Of a DNA stretch of 47,204 bases, positions 26,046-34,804 are shown piece by piece. The notes below the pieces were generated by a model. The model made no database searches, was not told the origin of the DNA, and was given only the letters and a program-made list of their open reading frames with translations. The translations under genes were made by a program, and so were the position numbers. Within the stretch, counting starts at the first letter, position 1; every line of letters begins with the position of its first letter. Origin of the DNA: Gemmatimonadota bacterium (GTDB lineage Bacteria > Gemmatimonadota > Gemmatimonadetes > Palauibacterales > Palauibacteraceae); assembly GCA_029861425.1 (NCBI GenBank), contig JAOTZH010000002.1:1-47204 (forward strand), written 5' to 3'.

Positions 26046-26831
26046 TTAGAGCGACGGTTCGAAGCGGCCGTCGATCGCGGTCCAGCCCCCGTCCACGAAC
26101 AGCACGGTCCCGGTGACGTAGCTCGCCGCATCCGACGCGAGAAACACCGCGGGTCCGGCCATCTCGTCGGCGCTGGCCCAACGCCTGAAGATGTTCCGGT
26201 CGGAGTACGCCTGGTACCAGTCCGGGTCAGCCTTGATCGGCGCCGTCAAAGGGGTATCCACGACTCCCGGTGCGATCGCGTTGACCCTGACTCCGAGCGG
26301 ACCGAGCTCGGCCGCCAGCGTTCGCACCATCTGGACGATCCCCGCTTTCGTCGCCGCATAGACGCCTTGCCCGGGCTCGACGACGAGCGACCGGATCGAG
26401 GAGAACGCGATGATGCTCCCCCCCTGCTGCTCGGACATCACCCGACCCGCCGCCCGGAAGACGTTGAGCGTGCCCCCGAGATTGAGGCGAATCACCCGCT
26501 CGAACTCCTCGTCGGTGTAGTCGAGGAGCGGTTTCCGGACGTTGACGCCCGGGGTGCAGACCGCGACGTCGACCCGGCCGTGGGCCTCCCGCACCCGGTG
26601 GAAGGCGGTCGCCACCGCCGCACTCGCCGTGATGTCGAGCGATAGAACCTCCGCCGTTCCGCCGGCACCACGTATGGTCGCCGCCGTTTCTTCGGCTGCC
26701 GCCGCGTCGATGTCGGCACACACGACGAGTGCGCCCTGGGCGGCGCAGCCACGCGCTACCGCCGCGCCGATTCCGGCACCCGCCCCGGCTACGACCGCAG
26801 TCCTCCCGTCGAGTCGAAACATCTCCTTCAT
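26046..26831 (-). CDS. Short-chain dehydrogenase/reductase (FabG-like)
   Basis: ORF trimmed to ATG 26831 (MKEMFRLDGRTAVVAGAGAGIGAAV is the Rossmann motif), with YAATKAG (YxxxK) and NAIAPG. AGGAAG is upstream. ATGA overlap with the symporter stop (26828-26830). Confidence 0.85.
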   Translation of the reverse strand: MKEMFRLDGRTAVVAGAGAGIGAAVARGCAAQGALVVCADIDAAAAEETAATIRGAGGTAEVLSLDITASAAVATAFHRVREAHGRVDVAVCTPGVNVRKPLLDYTDEEFERVIRLNLGGTLNVFRAAGRVMSEQQGGSIIAFSSIRSLVVEPGQGVYAATKAGIVQMVRTLAAELGPLGVRVNAIAPGVVDTPLTAPIKADPDWYQAYSDRNIFRRWASADEMAGPAVFLASDAASYVTGTVLFVDGGWTAIDGRFEPSL

Positions 26832-28231
26832 CCAGCTTCCTTTTCTCCGGAACGACGAATCAGCGAGACGAGCGCGAACGCGATGGCCGACACGACGATA
26901 CCCACGAGAGTCGGATCGAACAGCCTCGACGCCTCCGTCGTGTCGATGAGACGAGCAACCAGCAGAGCCAGGAGTCCGGCACCGATCGCGGCGAAGGCTT
27001 CCGCGACTCCCGGTCTTCGGGTGTAGAGGCCAGCCACGACCGGTACGAAGAGGCTTACGCTGAGCAGCGAGTAGAAGATCGTGAGGGACCCGATGACCGA
27101 TGGCAGCACAAGCGCCAGTCCCACGCCGAGAACGCCGCCGGCAACGGCGGCCCACCGCGCTACGCGCAGGACATCCCGGTCCGTCGCGTCGGGCCGGACG
27201 AACCGTTTATACAGATCCTTCGACAGGGACGTCGAGAGCATGAACAGGATCGCGTCCGCGGAACTGATCTCGGCGGAGAACACCGCCGCGAGCCCCAGGA
27301 GTCCGAGGATCGGCGGGAGTCCCTGTGTGAGCACGAGCGGTAGCGCCTGTTCGTGCTGCACCAATGACGGGTCGATCGTGCGGGCTACCATGCCCAGAAG
27401 GGCGGGAGCGAACGCGAAGATCATCAGCGCGACGCCTGCCGCCAGCAGCCCGGTCCGGATGGCGCGCTGGTCCACGGCTCCATACACCTTCTGGAGCAGC
27501 CCGGGAGAGACGATGAAGGCGGGACCGAGGAGTGCGAGATATATCCAGCCGGATTGGCCGCCCTGTCCGAGCGAGAGATACCCGTCCACGGCCGGCGCGG
27601 CGGAGACGACGGCGTCCCACCCGCCCGCGGCGCCGAGCGCCCATGGGACGGCGACCGCGAAGCCCACCACGAGCACGACCAGCTGGACCATGTTGACCCA
27701 GGCCGAGGCCACCAACCCGCCGGCGCTGAAGTAGGCCGTCATGACGAGTCCGCCGATCAGGGCGCCGACCCAGCGTGGGGCCCCCGCGACGACCTGCAGG
27801 ATCTCCGCCATCGCGATGAGTTGACCCGCGAGGATGGCCAGCGTCCCGAGCCAAAGGAGGATGGCGATCATCGCTCGGACGCCCCGGCCGTATCGGTGCT
27901 CGAGAAAATCGCCCACCGTGAGGAGGCCGTTGTCGGAGGCCACCCGCCAGATCCTCGGGCCCACCCACAGGGCCAGGACGATCGTCCCGATGCCCGCGGA
28001 ACCGACCCACCACCACGCGCTCAGTCCGTCCCGGTACCCTAACCCGGCGGCCCCCACCGTGGACCCCGCACCGATGTTCGCGGCCAGGATCGTGCAAAAG
28101 AGTAGAAACCCGCCCAGCTTCCTGTCCGCGACGAAGAACCCGCCCGAGCTGTCGACCCGACGTCCGATCCAGACCCCGAACGCGATCAGACCGGCAGAGT
28201 AGAGCAGCAGACCGGCCAGCTGGCCGGACAT
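26828..28231 (-). CDS. Sodium:solute symporter (SSS) family transporter
   Basis: ORF trimmed to ATG 28231 (MSGQLAGLLLYSAGLIAFGVWIGRRVDSSGGFFVADRKLGGFLLFCTILAANIGAGSTVGAAGLGY). Multi-TM throughout. Start lies 7 nt after the upstream stop. Confidence 0.85.
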   Translation of the reverse strand: MSGQLAGLLLYSAGLIAFGVWIGRRVDSSGGFFVADRKLGGFLLFCTILAANIGAGSTVGAAGLGYRDGLSAWWWVGSAGIGTIVLALWVGPRIWRVASDNGLLTVGDFLEHRYGRGVRAMIAILLWLGTLAILAGQLIAMAEILQVVAGAPRWVGALIGGLVMTAYFSAGGLVASAWVNMVQLVVLVVGFAVAVPWALGAAGGWDAVVSAAPAVDGYLSLGQGGQSGWIYLALLGPAFIVSPGLLQKVYGAVDQRAIRTGLLAAGVALMIFAFAPALLGMVARTIDPSLVQHEQALPLVLTQGLPPILGLLGLAAVFSAEISSADAILFMLSTSLSKDLYKRFVRPDATDRDVLRVARWAAVAGGVLGVGLALVLPSVIGSLTIFYSLLSVSLFVPVVAGLYTRRPGVAEAFAAIGAGLLALLVARLIDTTEASRLFDPTLVGIVVSAIAFALVSLIRRSGEKEAG

Positions 28232-28238
28232 CAACCCG

Positions 28239-29303
28239 TCACCGGTTCCCGAGCTCGGATGCGGAGGGCAGATTCGGAAGCCCGCTGGCCGCGCGGACCG
28301 CGCGGACGATCGCCTCGGCGACCACGTCTGCCGCCAGAGCCCCGATCGTGGAGACCGAAGCCTGGCCGAACGCACCGGTGGCCAATGCAAACATGGTGTC
28401 CCCGTCACCCGGCGTATGGGACGGGTAGATCGCCCTCGCGAGCCCGTCCTGGGACATCTGCGCGACCTTCGTCGCCTCCGCTTGCGTGAGCGCGGCATTG
28501 GTGGCCACCACGCCGATCGTCGTGTTCGCGCCGCTCGTAGGCTCCGGGCCTTCACCACGAATGAGTCGGCGGGCGTCGGCGAGACCGGTCCCATCCGCGG
28601 TCCGCACGCCGGCGACGACCTGTCCGGTCGCCGGGTCGATGACGTCACCCACGGCGTTGACCGCGACCAGGGCGGAAACGACGAGACCGCTCTCGAGCTC
28701 GATGGACGCGCTTCCGACCCCGCCCTTCATGGCCCGAGACATCCCTCGCAGCTTTCCGACGGTGGCACCGGCACCAGCACCGACGCTGCCCTCGGCGGGC
28801 GGCGCGCTCGTCGCGGCCGCCGCCGCCGCGTACCCGCACCCGGCATCCGGGCGCACGGATCCGTCGCCGACCCCCAGATCGAACAGAATGGCAGCCGGAA
28901 CGATAGGTACGGAGTTGGCGCCCACCCGAACCCCGATCCCCCGCTCGTCGAGGTAACGCATGACGCCCGTGGCGACGTCCAGGCCGAACGCGCTCCCACC
29001 CGAGAGCGAGATCGCGTGGACGATCTGTACCGTATTCACGGGGTCGAGCAGAGAGATCTCACGCGTCCCCGGTGCGCCCCCCCGGACGTCGACGCCGGCG
29101 ACGACCCCGTCTTCGGTGAGGATCACCGTGCATCCGGTAGGTCTTTCGGAGAGCGTGAAGTGACCTAGCTTGATGCCCTCCACAGCCGTCAGACCGGACC
29201 CGCGCGGTCCATCCTGCGCGGCGCATCCACTCGCGACGACGAAGACGCCCACCAGCATGCTCGCCGCCACACCGAATCGGGCCCGAGTAACTCCAGAAGA
29301 CAT
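28239..29303 (-). CDS. DmpA/P1 (peptidase S58) family aminopeptidase, lipoprotein
   Basis: ORF trimmed to ATG 29303 (GGGGAGAG upstream; MSSGVTRARFGVAASMLVGVFVVASGC-AAQ lipobox). Family blocks: GIKLGHFTLSERPTGCTVIL, GVDVRGGAPGTRE, AISLSGGSAFGLD, GANTTIGVVATNA. Confidence 0.8.
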   Translation of the reverse strand: MSSGVTRARFGVAASMLVGVFVVASGCAAQDGPRGSGLTAVEGIKLGHFTLSERPTGCTVILTEDGVVAGVDVRGGAPGTREISLLDPVNTVQIVHAISLSGGSAFGLDVATGVMRYLDERGIGVRVGANSVPIVPAAILFDLGVGDGSVRPDAGCGYAAAAAATSAPPAEGSVGAGAGATVGKLRGMSRAMKGGVGSASIELESGLVVSALVAVNAVGDVIDPATGQVVAGVRTADGTGLADARRLIRGEGPEPTSGANTTIGVVATNAALTQAEATKVAQMSQDGLARAIYPSHTPGDGDTMFALATGAFGQASVSTIGALAADVVAEAIVRAVRAASGLPNLPSASELGNR

Positions 29304-29360
29304 TCGCTCTCCCCGTTCACGGTCGACTCCGGAACGTCGCGAATATAGCACGGTGCCACG

Positions 29361-30647
29361 GTGACCCGAGAGGCGTCACGGGACCGGGTTTTCCGAGAGC
29401 TCCGTGGCGCCCGGGACGAGCTGGTGGCGTTCGCGGCCGATCTCGTGCGGATTCCCACGGTCAACCCGCCGGGGAGCCTCTACCCGGAGTGCGCTGATTT
29501 CATCGCCGACTCGCTCTCCGGGCTGGGCTTCGCCGTGGAGCGTCTCGAAGTCCCGGGGCACGAGTCCTACCCCCGCGTCAACGTCATCGGCTCGCTCGGG
29601 GGGACGGACGGCCCCTGTATGCACCTGAATGGTCATTTCGACGTGGTACCGCCGGGCGACGGCTGGACGGTGGATCCGTTCGGGGGCACGGTTCGGGACG
29701 GACGACTCTACGGGCGCGGCAGCGCCGACATGAAGGGCGGGTTCGCGGCCGCTGTATTCGCGGCCGCATGCTTCCATCGTGCCGGCGTCCCTCTTCACGG
29801 GACGATCGAGGTGAGCGGCACGGTCGACGAGGAGAGCGGCGGGTACGCCGGCGTGGCCCACCTGGCGGAGATCGGCCGAATCGGCGCAGACCGCACCGAC
29901 TACGTGATCATCCCCGAGCCCTTCGGACCAGACCGGATCTGCGTGGGGCACCGGGGAGTATACTGGGGCCGGATCAGGGCCCGCGGCCGGAGCGCCCACG
30001 GGAGCATGCCGTTTCTGGGCCGTAGCGCCATCGACGATCTGGCCGCCGCGCTGACCGCGATTCGCGGACGGCTCGCGCCGGAGATCGGACGGCGGATCAC
30101 CGCCATGCCGGTCGTTCCACCCCAGGCACGCGCCGCTTCGTTGAATATCAACTCCATCGCCGGCGGGCAGTCGGGACACGACGCACAAAACGGCACCCCC
30201 GTGCAGACACCCTGCGTCGCCGATCTCGCCGAGGCCGTCTTCGACCGCCGGTTTCTCGTCGAGGAGGAGTTCGAGGACGTTCGGGAGGAGATTCAGCACG
30301 TGCTCGACCACCTGACCGCGGAGGACCCGGGGCGACGGTACGAGCTCTCGGATCTCATGGTGGTGCAGCCGACGGTCGCGCCGGAGGAGTCGCCCCTCCT
30401 CGCGGCCCTCCAGGACGGAATCCAGGTCATCCGCGGCTGCGACCCCGCCCGCGTCGCGAGCCCTGGCTCCTACGATCAGAAGCACTTCTCACAGATCGGG
30501 GGCGTCCACCACTGTGTGGCGTATGGCCCCGGTCAGCTCGAACAGGCGCACCAGCCCGACGAGTGGTGTGGGGTCGACGACATGCTGGACGCCGCCTGCG
30601 TGATGGCTAGTGCGATCCTGGACCTGATGCACGGCGAGTCCGCCTGA
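29361..30647 (+). CDS. M20 family metallopeptidase (ArgE/DapE/ACY1-like)
   Basis: LVRIPTVNPPG, HLNGHFDVVPPGDGW, GRGSADMKGG and VDEESGG metal/catalytic blocks. GTG start with no obvious SD. Confidence 0.85.
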   Translation: MTREASRDRVFRELRGARDELVAFAADLVRIPTVNPPGSLYPECADFIADSLSGLGFAVERLEVPGHESYPRVNVIGSLGGTDGPCMHLNGHFDVVPPGDGWTVDPFGGTVRDGRLYGRGSADMKGGFAAAVFAAACFHRAGVPLHGTIEVSGTVDEESGGYAGVAHLAEIGRIGADRTDYVIIPEPFGPDRICVGHRGVYWGRIRARGRSAHGSMPFLGRSAIDDLAAALTAIRGRLAPEIGRRITAMPVVPPQARAASLNINSIAGGQSGHDAQNGTPVQTPCVADLAEAVFDRRFLVEEEFEDVREEIQHVLDHLTAEDPGRRYELSDLMVVQPTVAPEESPLLAALQDGIQVIRGCDPARVASPGSYDQKHFSQIGGVHHCVAYGPGQLEQAHQPDEWCGVDDMLDAACVMASAILDLMHGESA

Positions 30648-30667
30648 ACGGACACGGACGCGGGGGG

Positions 30668-32125
30668 TCAGCCGCCGCCGACGAGTGCCTCCGCTTCCAT
30701 CTCGACGAGATATCCCTCGCCGATCAACCCGGCCCGAACCAGCGTGTTCGCGGGTCTGACACCATCGAATCGACGTCCATGCGCGCGCGACACCGCCTCC
30801 CAGTCCTCTTCCCGGTGGATGAACACCCTCGTCCGGACCACGTCCTCCAGTCGGCCGCCCAGTGATTCGATCGCCCCCTCCACCTTGTCGATGACGAAGT
30901 TCATCTGCGCGCCCGGGTCCCCGCCTCCGATCAGACGATCCCGGTGAGTAGCGGTCGTCCCCGACACGAGGATCCGGTCGCCCGTGCGCACGGCTCTACT
31001 GAACCCCGCGAGATCCTCCCAGACGGTGCCGCTCAACGCATGTCGGCGTCCCGGAGGCCCGTCGACCGTCTCGTATGGGGACGAAAACCCCTCCACATGG
31101 TCGCTCAGGTCCCCGGCGGCGGTCAGGTAAGGCGGCCTTCGGTACTCGTCCCCCGTGTCCCCCGGGATCGGATCGAGCGCGGCGGCCCCCTCGTCGAGCG
31201 CGGCACGGTCCTCCCGGTCGAGGGAGAGTGCGAAGACCCGGGCGTTGTCTTCGATGTGCTCGCTCCGGCCCAGCCGCGCTCCGACGATGACGCCTGCGAC
31301 GGCGGGCTGGTCCAGGACGTAACGGCACGCGACGTTCGCCATCGACACGCCGTGCTTTCGCGAGACCTTCGACACTACGTCGAGCAGACTCTGAAACCGG
31401 TCCCACCCCCCCGCCACCTCGATGAATCGCCGGTACTTCATCAGCGACCACGTTTCGAGGCGGTCGATCCCTTTGGCCGCAGGGTCGGGGCGCCCCAGCC
31501 ACCGCTCCGTCAGGAACCCACCGGCAACGGTACCGAACGCCAGCAACCCGACGCCGTACTTCTCGCAGACCTGCGCCATCGCTTCGCCGGCCCGGCGGTC
31601 GAGCAGCGAATAGCTCACCTGGTTGGACACGACGCGGACGCCCGTTTCGAGCACCATCGCCAGGTGCGACGCGTCGAAGTTCGTGAGTCCCAGGTGGCGG
31701 ATGAGCCCCTCTTCGCGGAGCTCGTCGAGCCAGAACAGGCAGTCGAGCCAAACAGGATCGGAATACCGCCAGGCGTGAAACTGTAGAAGATCGATCGAGT
31801 CGGTATTCAGACGATCCAGCGATACCTGAACGGCGGCTCGCACCTCATCTCGCGTATAGGGGCCGGGGCGGGGGACCCACTTCGTCAGGCACTCCGCCGC
31901 GTCCCCAACCCGCTCGCGGTACGCCCCCGCGATGTCCTCGGCCGACCCGTAGTGGTCGGCCATGTCGAAGGTCGTGAAGCCGGCCTCGACGTATGCATGC
32001 ATCGCGGCTGCCGTCGCGTCCCGGTCCACGAGGTCGCCGCTTCGCTCCAGGTCGGCGATCTGCCAGAGACCCGTCAGGATCCGGGAGACTTCCAGTCCGT
32101 CCGCGAGGGTCGTCCGCTCGATCAT
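30668..32125 (-). CDS. Fusion protein: aldo/keto reductase (N) + RidA/YjgF/L-PSP domain (C)
   Basis: ORF trimmed to ATG 32125 (MIERTTLADGLEVSRILTGLWQIADLER...). AKR blocks: GFTTFDMADHYGSAE, LTKWVP, IDLLQFHAW. The C-terminal roughly 130 aa (FSRAVRTGDRILVSGTTA...VEGAIESLGGRLEDVVRTRVFI...RPANTLVRAGLIGEGYLVEMEAEA) is RidA-like. Confidence 0.8.
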   Translation of the reverse strand: MIERTTLADGLEVSRILTGLWQIADLERSGDLVDRDATAAAMHAYVEAGFTTFDMADHYGSAEDIAGAYRERVGDAAECLTKWVPRPGPYTRDEVRAAVQVSLDRLNTDSIDLLQFHAWRYSDPVWLDCLFWLDELREEGLIRHLGLTNFDASHLAMVLETGVRVVSNQVSYSLLDRRAGEAMAQVCEKYGVGLLAFGTVAGGFLTERWLGRPDPAAKGIDRLETWSLMKYRRFIEVAGGWDRFQSLLDVVSKVSRKHGVSMANVACRYVLDQPAVAGVIVGARLGRSEHIEDNARVFALSLDREDRAALDEGAAALDPIPGDTGDEYRRPPYLTAAGDLSDHVEGFSSPYETVDGPPGRRHALSGTVWEDLAGFSRAVRTGDRILVSGTTATHRDRLIGGGDPGAQMNFVIDKVEGAIESLGGRLEDVVRTRVFIHREEDWEAVSRAHGRRFDGVRPANTLVRAGLIGEGYLVEMEAEALVGGG

Positions 32126-32127
32126 GG

Positions 32128-33636
32128 CTATTCTTCGGGCAGGGTGGCGTAGAGCTCCTCGAGATCGACGCCGCTCGCCGCCAGCTGGCGTCGTTCGCGG
32201 AGGAAGATCGCGGTCCCGACCGCCATCACCAGGGCCCAGATCCACGTGGAATGGAAATACCACGCTGGTGCCTCGGTCGTGAGGTCCTTGCCGACATGCA
32301 CGATGAGGAAGACCCCGATGAGCACGGCGCCGACGGAGCCCACGAACCGCTGTGCCCCTCTCGCCGGCAGGACCCCGATGTCGGCCGCGATCGCCGGGTT
32401 CTTCCGGGGGAGCATCAGCACGCAGATGCACATTAGAAGGAAGTTCACCAGCATCGATGTGACGAGGATATCTATGCCGAGAAAGAAATCGCCGGCATAG
32501 TGGCTTCCGAGGATTCCGGCCGAGGCCACCCCGGCGGAGACCAGAATCGCGAGGTGCGGTGTATGCCAGCGCGGGTGTACCGCCGCCAGCCTTCGCGGGA
32601 AGATTCCGTCTTCAGCCCACGCGAACATCAGCCGCGAGACCGACAATAGCATGGCGGGGAGGTCGTTGATCAGCGCGACCGCCGCGCCGGCGACGATCGC
32701 GACCGTCCAGCCCGTGGGGAGCACGTAGCCCAGAAGTCCCGGTGCGGTCAGGTCCTGCGTCGGCGCGCGCTCGGCCATGAACTGCCACGGCACCGCGTGG
32801 TAGATGGCGGCCGCGAACAGCATGTAGTAGGTGCCGACGGTGAGCACCGCGATCGCGATCGCCAGCGGAAGAGCACGCCGCGGATTCCGCGCCTCCCCGC
32901 CGGCCTGGGCGATCGCGTCGAAGCCGATGAAGCTCGAGAAGAAGACCGCCGACGCGGCCAGAAACGTCCACAGTTTGAGCGGTGGCGCCGGTGTGTCGGG
33001 GATCGACGCCCCCTCGGTCGCCGCGAGTGCCGCGGCGAAGTCCGCGTGATCGAAGGAGAAGCCCGCGATGATCACGATGCCACCGAGGGCGAACATGATG
33101 AACATCATCGGAACGAGCGTACGCTCATAGGACCTCACGCCGCGCAGATTCACGCCGACGAAGATCCAGAGAAACGCGAGGGCCAGGCCTACCCGCACGA
33201 CGCCTGTATCCAGGGCGCCCGCGAGCCCTTCCCAACCGAGCGCGGCCACGACATCGCGAACGAAGGGGATGATCAGATACGCGACCACGCCGATCGCGAT
33301 CGACAGCCCGAACCACTGCGAGAAGCTGGCGACGAAGCCGAGGTACGGGTTGATCCCCCGGCTGGCGAAGACGTAGGAGCCCCCGGCGCGTGGCATGGCC
33401 GACGCCAGCACGGCGTACGCCAGGGCCGCGAAGATCGCGGGCGTGGCCGCGAACGCGAACGCAATCAGGACGTTGGGCCCGATTCCGGGGACGTTCCGCT
33501 GGATCATGATCGGAATCACGTTGATCGCGGCGCCGAGCATGGAGCAGATCCCGGTCGCCGCGAGCCCGATCAGGCCCATCTGGCGGACGAGACCGGTCCC
33601 GTGACCCCCGTGATGGGGGCTGGCGGATTCGTTCAT
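32128..33636 (-). CDS. APC-superfamily amino acid permease
   Basis: About 12 TM. N-terminal block LVRQMGLIGLAATGICSMLGAAINVIP. Start is ATG 33636 (GGAG 5 nt upstream) or GTG 33642. The stop lies 2 nt before the AKR-RidA start. Confidence 0.85.
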   Translation of the reverse strand: MNESASPHHGGHGTGLVRQMGLIGLAATGICSMLGAAINVIPIMIQRNVPGIGPNVLIAFAFAATPAIFAALAYAVLASAMPRAGGSYVFASRGINPYLGFVASFSQWFGLSIAIGVVAYLIIPFVRDVVAALGWEGLAGALDTGVVRVGLALAFLWIFVGVNLRGVRSYERTLVPMMFIMFALGGIVIIAGFSFDHADFAAALAATEGASIPDTPAPPLKLWTFLAASAVFFSSFIGFDAIAQAGGEARNPRRALPLAIAIAVLTVGTYYMLFAAAIYHAVPWQFMAERAPTQDLTAPGLLGYVLPTGWTVAIVAGAAVALINDLPAMLLSVSRLMFAWAEDGIFPRRLAAVHPRWHTPHLAILVSAGVASAGILGSHYAGDFFLGIDILVTSMLVNFLLMCICVLMLPRKNPAIAADIGVLPARGAQRFVGSVGAVLIGVFLIVHVGKDLTTEAPAWYFHSTWIWALVMAVGTAIFLRERRQLAASGVDLEELYATLPEE

Positions 33637-33814
33637 GCGCACTCCGTTGCCTCGGGTGCAATCGTCGGGCGCGGCAAGCTAACCGCGCCTCCGGCCGGAA
33701 ACGACCGCGATGACGAGCTCCCGTCGCCCGTCCTTGCGCGGTCGCGAAACCCGCGAAACAGCCTGGCGTCCGCCCGAGCGTCGTGGGGTTCGGCCGGGAC
33801 CTCACCAGTCCGGC

Positions 33815-34804
33815 CTACTCTTCGATCCTGAAGTGTTCGATCTGGATTTCCTCGCCGTAATCCGCATAGTCGCCGGCAGTGCGCGCGGCGCGAAACTCGC
33901 CCCAGTTGATCGGGCGGTAGCGAGGAGCGGCGGCGTCAGGGGTCGGCAGCGGGGCGCAGTCCGTCTCGTAGGAGGGGTTGTAGAAGAAAGGGAGGCTGTA
34001 GCGGGCCGCCCGCTTCATCGGGCGGACGCGGTGCAGGGCCGCCCGGTAGCGATCGTTCGACCACACCTGAGTCATGTCTCCGATGTTGATCACGAACGCG
34101 CCCTCCGTCGGCGGAACGTCGATCCAGTCGGCGCCGTCGTGTACCTGCAGCCCCCCGACGTCGTCCTGAAGAAGGATGGTCAGCGCCCCCGAATCGGTAT
34201 GGTGACCCAAAGCCATCTCGCCCAACTCGGTGACCTCGGCGGCCTCGGCGGCGGCGAGCGGGTCTGTCAGGGGGTAGTAGTTCAGCCGCACGAAGCTCGT
34301 GTGGGGCTGGAAGTAGCTTTCGAGATGATCCGCCTCGAGACCGAGGCCGAGAGAAAACGCCTGAAAGATCCTCGCGCCGAGACCTTCGCAGGCGGCGAAG
34401 TACGCGGTCATCGTCGACCGGAGCTCCGGGGCGGCGGCCGGCCACTGGTTGAACCCGTCGACGGGTGCACGGTTCGCCGGGTGGTCGTCGGCCAGATCCG
34501 GCCTGAGCACGTACCCGAAGTCGAACACCTCCTTCTGGTCGCGCGCGTTCTTGGTCAGCTCGCGATCGTAGTACCCGCGGGGATTCTCGGCAGTGCGCGA
34601 GATCGCGAGCTTCACATCACGGGGCAACTCGAAGAAGGCACGGGTCTCCGACCAGACCCGGTCGATCAGCTCATCCGCGATGCCGTGGTCGACCACCTGG
34701 AAGAACCCCCAGTTTCGACACGCGTCCCCGACCTCTTCGATGACGCGGGCACGGCGATCCTCGGACCCGTCGAACCCGCCGAAATCGATGACGGGGATCG
34801 CCAT
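33815..34804 (-). CDS. 2-oxoglutarate/Fe(II)-dependent oxygenase (isopenicillin-N-synthase-like)
   Basis: ORF trimmed to ATG 34804: MAIPVIDFGGF...ACRNWGFFQVVDHGI. HxD in LGHHTDSGALTILLQD, distal His in YRAALHRV, and RxS in RYSLPFF. The ATG shares one base with the upstream TGA (TGATG). Confidence 0.85.
   Translation of the reverse strand: MAIPVIDFGGFDGSEDRRARVIEEVGDACRNWGFFQVVDHGIADELIDRVWSETRAFFELPRDVKLAISRTAENPRGYYDRELTKNARDQKEVFDFGYVLRPDLADDHPANRAPVDGFNQWPAAAPELRSTMTAYFAACEGLGARIFQAFSLGLGLEADHLESYFQPHTSFVRLNYYPLTDPLAAAEAAEVTELGEMALGHHTDSGALTILLQDDVGGLQVHDGADWIDVPPTEGAFVINIGDMTQVWSNDRYRAALHRVRPMKRAARYSLPFFYNPSYETDCAPLPTPDAAAPRYRPINWGEFRAARTAGDYADYGEEIQIEHFRIEE

Noticed and set aside
33643-33814. 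172-nt leader of the APC permease gene as a possible amino-acid riboswitch. It contains a GCGCGG-N8-CCGCGC hairpin and a CACCCGAGGCAACGGAG stretch faintly like a glycine-riboswitch core.
   Set aside because: No convincing match to any riboswitch consensus that I can verify by eye, and the hairpin could equally be the terminator of the upstream 2OG-oxygenase gene. It needs an Rfam/Infernal scan.
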